Positions 56,201 through 64,000 of a stretch of DNA of 64,000 nucleotides are shown here, in pieces. Below the pieces are notes generated by a model. The model saw nothing but the letters and a program-made list of their open reading frames with translations. It searched no databases and was not told the origin of the DNA. The position numbers and the translations under genes were made by a program. The DNA is from Eledone cirrhosa. Lineage: Eukaryota. The DNA lies in the NCBI GenBank assembly GCA_964016885.1, contig OZ024740.1:233988001-234052000 (forward strand), given 5' to 3'. The stretch's first letter is position 1, and every line of letters starts with the position of its first letter.

Positions 56201-57429
56201 TGTCATGTAATTCCTGGTCAGTTGCTGGGTTAGGAATTTCAGCCGAAATGAAGCTGTCTATGGCATTTGAATTGATTTTATCAGCTAACCAAATCAAAAT
56301 GTGAGCATGTGGCAGCCCACGTGTTTGCCATTAGACGGTGAACATGTCACATTTTACAGCCCCAAATACCTGACCTTTTTGATTAAAGCCATGAGTTTAG
56401 CCAGTTTCATTCTGAACACTCTGGCAATGAGGTCATGTCTGTTCGAATAATTTTGCCCAGGAAAAAGTTCACGGGTTACATTCCGATTCATATGTCTATA
56501 GCATTAATCTGTTATATGAAGTGTTATTTTGCGGGTTGTTATTTGCAATAAGCCGATTGAAAATGTCCCAGATAAGCCGTATGCCAATACGGAACACTCC
56601 ACTGCAGTGTTGTCATATAGGGAGAGAAAAACGACAGAGAGAGTAAAGCAGTTAAATTATAGAGAGAGGGAATATACGGAACGCTCCATTTGATCATATA
56701 CATTGGTTCTCTCTCTGCAGTGTTGTCATATAGGGAGTGAAGAGCGACAGAGAGAGTAACGCAGTTAAATTATAGAGAGGTCGTTATTGTTACGTTTGTT
56801 GTTTTATAAATTCATCTGTTGCTTTTGAATATTTGTTATTTGATGTTAAATGTAACGTTGAGAGAGCAGTATGTATTTAGTGTTATCGGCTTTTTAAATT
56901 TTGATATTTGATGTACGAGTGTGTTTATGACTATAGAGAGGGGGAATAATCTATTGTAGAGAGAGGGAAGAGCGACGGAGAGAGTAAAGCTATGGTTGTT
57001 GTGTTGCTTAGGTTTCAAAGTTTGTGTCGCGTTCCTTCAAAAGAAGTTTTGTTGTTCTAAACTGTAAAGGGTAGTAGACGGAGGCAGTAACCTTTTAAAG
57101 AGAGTTGCAGAGGAGATTGAGAGTGGAGTAGAGGAAAAGATGAACCTTTTAAAGAAAGTTGCAAAATATATGTAGTTTCATATATTTTTTATGGTAGTAG
57201 TGAGAGGCATGAAGCGTGTAAGAGAGAGGGTTACAGCATGTATTTAGTTTTATCGATTTTTTTTCATAGAAGCAGGACATTTTTGGCAAAAATAATTACG
57301 CGTTGACCTACCCTGGTAAATTTGGAGCACATTGGAAAAAGATTCATCAAAATCGGTAGAGAAATGTGGAAATGCATAAAAATCATACACACACACAGAC
57401 AGACATCTACCGTTTTATATATATATAGA
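53279..57429 (-). mobile_element. Internally deleted Helitron with Rep C-terminal half and PIF1 helicase
   Basis: 5' A|TCTATATA (57429), 3' cccgagcaacgccggg..CTAG (53279). KYICKYVNKG, GGTGKTF, LLGDFRQTLPV, FAMSINKSQGQT, FSHGQLYVACS. Confidence 0.93.
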
Positions 57430-57563
57430 TATATATATATTAAAATAACAGATTAAAGTTTAAGCAAAGAATCGTTGCTTTCAACCTTAATGGGATCTTC
57501 TGAAACTAGAAAAATCAATCTGTGAACGCAGAAGTAAATATTTCGAAAAACGTTACACACTAC

Positions 57564-57643
<80 letters not shown>

Positions 57644-57739
57644 GCACACACAACGTCATAATGCCGTAATGCAGACAGATATTATAATAAGGGGGCAACG
57701 TTATATCTATCTATCTAAAAAGAAAGACTAATATATATA

Positions 57740-57930
57740 GAGAGAGATCGCTAAATCACCTAATGCGTCCCTAGGGCATTGACAATTTGAAATATATCTT
57801 TTGCTCAAAACATTTACAGAACCATAGGTATTACATGTGTAAAGTTTGAAAACAATCGGTTGGGTGGTTTTCGAGTTTTAGGAAGCTGACAGACAGAAAG
57901 ACAGACATTCTCTGTTTTAGATACATAGAT
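57740..57930 (-). mobile_element. Helitron 5'-end fragment
   Basis: Similar to 37480-37636 (tttgctcaaaaca..gtattacatgtgtaaagtttgaaaa..cgagttttagg). Confidence 0.65.
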
Positions 57931-58022
57931 AGATAGATGGACTTATACCATAGAGTGGATGTAATATTATATGGTATTTATTAGTCAGATTGATAGTTAC
58001 TGTATCACAACATTATCAATAA

Positions 58023-58219
58023 AGGGCGGTGGATTGGCAGTATCGGTAGAGGGTAGGACGCCATGCTTTGATGCATAGAGTTACGGCCCTTGCCATTCTG
58101 AGTTCAAATCCCGCGGAGGTTAACTTTGCCTTTCATCCTTACGAGGTCGATAAAATAAAGTACCAGTATTATACTGGGTAATTGCTGGCCTTGTGCCTAA
58201 AAGTAGAAACAATTATTAT
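58023..58219 (+). mobile_element. tRNA-SINE family A
   Basis: A/B boxes, shared body, attatt tail. Confidence 0.85.
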
Positions 58220-58849
58220 AATTAGAGTTTAATAATTACAGGGTGAGGGAAATATGCGTTTACACGTATCTTTATTATACATGCTAACTTCAGAAAATGA
58301 AATAATACAAATTCAACCAAATTAAGGCTACTTCTATGGAATTAATTAATGTGGTTTTACGTTAACATATTTAGCAATATTATCTTGAAATGTATTCATT
58401 AATAACATGAAGTAATCTTGAAGGATTAAGTAAACCATATGTTTATCATGTTTCACCTCATTCTATTGTAGTTGACTTCACTATATATATTTCAAATACC
58501 AGCCAACTATTTCCTTTCATCTTATTTAATCCATTTTTTTTGTATTTTATCCCTTTGATATTAATAAATAAAGGAAATTTATTCAAAAGCAAAAAACAAA
58601 CCTTATTTAGTAAGAAAAAAAAAGAGGAAACAAAAGGAAAAAAAGAATAAGGAAATATAGAAAAAAAAAGAGAGAAAAGAAAAAAGAAAAAGAACGGGAA
58701 AGGGAAGGGATAGCAAGAGCTCTGGTGTCGTAGAAGAGAAGGGAAGGGTGAAGGGGGAGGGTGATTGAGCTTTGGGCCTAGGGCAAGAGGGCAGAAGTGC
58801 TACGCCCTGCTGACAAGACGGCAAAATTATCCCCCCCGAGCGATTCCTT

Positions 58850-59605
58850 TCATCTTCTAATAATACCTCGCTTCAGTAGTAGCACTCCACAATTTGTTAT
58901 GCCAAATTCCATTCCTATGTCCGTACAGAATGTATGAACTCCCTGTACAAGAAAATCAATAGGTTAATAGGATTTTCCATAAGGTTTTAGGTCATCCATG
59001 AACAGCAGGTGGCTTATCTTAAATTCGCGTCCTCACCTTCTCAACAGCAATGAAAGTGGAAACATACACAGTACAAACAGCAAAAGTGAAACTCCCAGTA
59101 TACATGTTGTCAGCTCAATCTTCCAACCATCCATACTGCTCACCAGAAACTGTCTAATGTTAGCTGCAATACCAAACATTTTCAAACATTCTACTATCCA
59201 ACTATGTGGCACCATGTCATAAGCCCTGCAGTAATCGATCCTGGCTATGGCAAGATTTATGTGTCTCCTTTTACAATATTTAAGGATCGCCTTATCAATC
59301 AACAATTGATCCTTAGTCCCCTTGATCCTTCTCCTACATCCCTTCTGCTCTGCAAATAGTGTCTCCTCCAGGTATTCCTGCATTGCCTCAGCAATGACAC
59401 CTGTCATACGTTTCCACATAAGGGGGAGGCAAGAGATATATCTGAAGTCGTCAACTGCATTTCCATTGTTAGGGTTCTTCAAACACAGGATCTTCTCCCT
59501 AAAGTTAGTCATTATGGCTTCTCCATTCAAGATCTTATTCAGATGCTCACCTATTCTCCCATGAAGGGCCCGCAGCTTTTTCAACCTGGATCCTTGCACA
59601 CCGTC
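58850..59605 (-). mobile_element. R4/Dong-like non-LTR RT fragment
   Basis: [51 protein letters not shown]. Confidence 0.82.
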
Positions 59606-60367
59606 TCTGTCGGAACCTCAAAAATAACGTCACACCATTTTTCAATAAATGGAGTATATTAGAAATATCCACCCCTATGTTAATGAGACGAAATGTTGCC
59701 GGCTATGTAACTCGGAAAACTGGAATATACTCTCGCAACTGGCGACAGAGAAACACTGCTTAATCACCCGCCTCGACTGTTTAGTCGCTTTCCACACGAA
59801 TTTAAATTCGTTCTGAAAAATGGTATAGACCAGACAACTGGTTTTTTAGTCCTGCTAGGGACTTGCCTATTGCCGGCAATACCACGCATCGCAAAAAATG
59901 TCACATATCAAGTGATGTCTGTGCTTAATGATTTTTAAGTGAGGAAAAGCTTTGCACGGAGCCAAGCCTACTCTCTGAGCATTGAATGCATTTGCCCCAA
60001 AAGAAGAACTGGTATACATCATTGGATGCAAACGAAGTCGCGGGTTTCATGTCAGAGTGACCTTCTAGATGCTCCTAGAGAGATGTGCTCCACACAAAAA
60101 AATATACTTTATTGGATGGCCGTTGACTCTCTTCAGTTCTTCCGCCCTTTCACGTGTTTTGTTTTTCATCCCGCAGGCCACAGGGTGTCTAAAATCATCC
60201 TCCTAACCAAGTAAACTTGGTGGAGTTGCTGGTTTAGTCACCGACGACTCGATCATGCATAGATTGTACTGGGTTACGTATGACCAGTAGCGCTGAAGAG
60301 CGCCCTCACACAACATACATACATACATACATACATACATACATACATACATACATACATACATACA

Positions 60368-60397
<30 letters not shown>

Positions 60398-60399
<2 letters not shown>

Positions 60400-61972
60400 A
60401 TAACAAAGATTAGTGAAAAGGAGAATATTTATGCAGAACTGATGAGAAATCTGCAGATACTCCACCCTGATTACACCTTCAGATTTATGCCTGTGATTAT
60501 TGGGGTACTGGGGTATGTCAGTAACTGCCTCAATACAATTCTTGAGAAGCTAGGCTTCACAGGAACAGAAAGAACACAACTAGTTAAGAAATTAATGGAA
60601 CAGTAAAAATATGTAAAACATTCAAAAAATGTTGCATCTAATAACTGCATATACACATGTACAGATACAAAGCACATACACATGCATACATACAACTCAA
60701 AACATACACATCCACACATACAATAACATCCATATCTGCACATGCATGCATACATATCTACCTAGTTGATGTTGTGTAAATTCCAATGAGAGAGTCTTGT
60801 GTCTATGTTAGAAACCGACTCTCTCTCGATTGGGAAAACTTTGTGAAATTATAAAACCAGAAGAACATACATACATACATACATACATATATACATACAT
60901 AATATGAAAGAGGAAGACATACACATACATAATATGAAAGAGTACTGGTGGAATATTCCAGTTAAAACCCCAATAAAATGCAAGCATAATAGATCAGATA
61001 TAATGATATGGGATAGGGACAAGAAAGCATGCAAAGTAGTGGAAGTTAGCTGCCCAACAGATGCCAATATAATTTTTAAGATTAGCAAAAAGAAGAATAA
61101 CTATGCAGAACTAATGAGAAATCTACAGATACTCCACCCTGATTACACCTTCAGATTTATGCCTGTGATTATTGGGACACTGTGACATGTTAGTAACTGT
61201 CTCAATACAAATCTTGAGGAGCTAGGCTTCATAGGAACAGAAAGAGAAAGAACACAACTAGTTAAGAAATTACAAGTTTAATCCATTAATGGAACAGTAA
61301 AAATATGTAAAACATTCCAAAAGTTTTGCATCTAATAACTGCATATACACACGTACAGATACAAAGCGAATGCACATACACACATACAACTCAAAACATG
61401 CATACATCTCTACCTAGTTGATGTTGTGTAAATTCCAATGAGAGAGACTTGTATCTATGTTAGAAACTGGCTCTCTCTCTATTGGTAAACATTAATAAAA
61501 CTATAACACCAGAAGAACATACATACATAAATGTTGCATCTAATAACTGCATATACACATGTACAGATACAAAGCATATACACATGCACACATACAACTC
61601 AAAACATACACATCCACATATACAATGACATCCATATCTACACATGCATGCATGCAGGCATACCTACATATCTACCTAGTTGATGTTGTGTAAATTCCAA
61701 TGAGAAAGTCTTGTGTCTGTGTTAGAAACCGATTCTCTCTCTAGTGGTAAAAATTTGTGAAATTATAAAACCAGAAGAACATACATACACACATACATAC
61801 ATATGAAATTATAAAACCAGAAGAACATACATACACACATACATACATATGAAATTATAAAACCAGAAGAACATACATACACACATACATACATATGAAA
61901 TTATAAAACCAGAAGAACATACATACACACACATATGAAATTATAAAACCAGAAGAACATACATACATACAC
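60398..61972 (+). mobile_element. Tandem 3' fragments of a restriction-like-endonuclease LINE in (CATA)n
   Basis: HNRSDIMIWD..VVEVSCP..KKNNYAEL (PD-D/ExK-like). Three 3'UTR copies end in accagaagaa-(cata)n, followed by reiterated 46-bp ends. Confidence 0.78.
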
Positions 61973-62053
61973 ATTTCTGTATGTGTGAGCATGTGCCAAT
62001 TACATGTAATCTCCTTATGATATATATATATTTTTGTTTGTTTGTTTTTGTAG

Positions 62054-62207
62054 CAGTCAACTAGATGTCAATGGAATTGGTTATAACCCGAAGTCATACT
62101 GTTTGGATTGTGAATGTTCTGATTACAGTTTAACCTGTGGTGGTGATGGTCGAACCTACAGATCCCCGTGTCATGCTGGTTGTCAACTATTTGATATGAG
62201 CACTTTT
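62054..62207 (+). CDS. SLCO/OATP exon (Kazal-like extracellular loop 5)
   Basis: CLDCEC..CGGDGRTYRSPCHAGC. tagcag acceptor, gtaagt donor. Phase 2-0. Confidence 0.95.
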
Positions 62208-62624
62208 GTAAGTTTTCAAACATTTCTGTTACTTATACTATCCTATAAAGCAGAGGTTCTCAAATATTTGGTCCCTGTCCCCTCACGGCCACGTAATACC
62301 CTTACTGCTTCCCTATTTCCAGAGAGACCAAATTGTAAATAATATATAAATAAAATCGTTAATTTATATATAACTAGACCACCCGTGACCCGTTGGGTCA
62401 CGTTTGCATCAAAATAGATATTTAATATACTATTATATCTCTACTGGCCCGTTAGGCCACAGAAATTTGTAGAAAAGAAAACAAATTTCTACAAATTTCA
62501 TACTTGACGACCCAATATTTTGTTATTATCTACTTATATAGATTTTTGTTTGTTTTAGTAGCTCCATTTATAGATACACATAAGTGAAAAGGTTTACATA
62601 TTAATCAGCCTTTCTTATTTTCAG

Positions 62625-62782
62625 CAATATTCCAATTGCTCTTGCATTGGTGGGATGGGCACAGCTACTTACGGCGCATGTCCAACAGACTGTAATGGTG
62701 GTTTGTACATAACGATTCTCACTTCATTACATTCATTATTAGTAGGAATCACAACCAGTCCACATACGATCATTGTACTAAG
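62625..62782 (+). CDS. SLCO/OATP exon (end of Cys loop, TM10)
   Basis: QYSNCSCIGG..ATYGACPTDC..TIIVLR. tttcag acceptor, gtatgt donor. Remaining exons lie outside the window. Confidence 0.93.
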
Positions 62783-62841
62783 GTATGTTATCTTGTTTTC
62801 TTTCTTTTTGTTTTACATCGCAAACACACGCACACACATAC

Positions 62842-62912
<71 letters not shown>

Positions 62913-63421
62913 TGAAAATAGACCGTAGTCTGCTGATTATCATTGGTATTTCTTCGCATTAAAGACCAGATACCTCAAAATCAGTGCGAGCGATAACTAA
63001 GATAAGTTATCGTGACAGAGCGAATTGGAAGGGGAAAGTAAACAAACAACATGGTAGTAATGCAACGTAAAGAGAGGAAAAGAGAGACGAGTCAATGAGT
63101 CTTGTGGACTTAAGTCCGAACAAATCAATCGACGAGAAGAGACAGACACGTCCGAACCACGCGAAAAGTGAGAGAGAAAAGGATTTCACACAAGTCAGAC
63201 GGGAGGAAGTGAGAGAGGGTGAGTAGCAGAGAGTGAGTGAGTGAAAGTGTGAGGAAGAGGCCAGCCGAGAGAGTTTGTGACCAACAGCGGGGGTGAAGGG
63301 AAGCAAGAGGTACAAGGAGAGAGAATGAGGTTAGCAGTAAGGTGATAGAAAAAATACGAACCACAGCGAGGGTAAAACATTATATGTGAATGAAAAAATG
63401 GCATGCTGCGTTAATGCGAGT

Positions 63422-63545
<124 letters not shown>

Positions 63546-64000
63546 GTTCAAGATCAAAAAAGACAAACTAAGAGCGCTCAGAATTATATATTGCAGCGAA
63601 TAGGAATAAACGAAATTAATTTTAACCTGTTGACTTACACTTCTTGTTTTAAATTACTCCGGAGGAGACAGACTCACCTTCGTTGAGTGCTTTAACCTGC
63701 ACACTGAAGTGTCGGTAAGCAACCAACCCAAACTCAAATTTATACATATATATATATATATATATATGCAAAATTAAATTAAGGGTGTCATGCCTGAGAG
63801 ATATGCGCCATATATATATATATATAAATGTAAGTATGCATGTATGTATATTTACATACATATATGTATACAGACGTACAGTAGTATGTACATATATACA
63901 CACATGCACACATATATATATATGCACGTATCGGTTTACCTAACATTTATTATAATGCTCAGTTTGTTTGCTTGTAAACAAACAAACAGCCCGAACTACG

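Noticed and set aside
61757-61972. Repeat-spacer appearance of the 46-bp array
   Set aside because: The apparent spacers are near-identical CATA repeats and the unit is a LINE 3' end.

Overview
AT-rich, microsatellite-laden eukaryotic DNA. The repeat content suggests an invertebrate, probably an octopod mollusc (inference only). One host gene is recognisable: an SLCO/OATP organic anion transporter on the + strand. I traced nine coding exons from 18048 to 62782 with GT-AG sites and consistent phases; the gene continues beyond the window. Almost everything else is mobile DNA: five Penelope-like retroelement (PLE) copies (RT and/or C-terminal GIY-YIG, all ORFs on the minus strand), two decayed Rep/PIF1 Helitrons plus non-autonomous ones, Tx1/L1-, RTE- and R4/Dong-like LINE fragments, two tRNA-SINE families and a hAT-like MITE. 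The most striking unexplained structure is more than a dozen inverted-repeat (fold-back) insertions, from about 115 bp to 4 kb, mostly next to (TA)n tracts. Most of them carry type I hammerhead ribozyme cores (CTGANGA...GAAA...UH) from several unrelated families. One family has a ~100-nt insertion in stem II. In another, three copies fold back within stem II, each with a different junction. Most short ORFs in the track are microsatellite artefacts.
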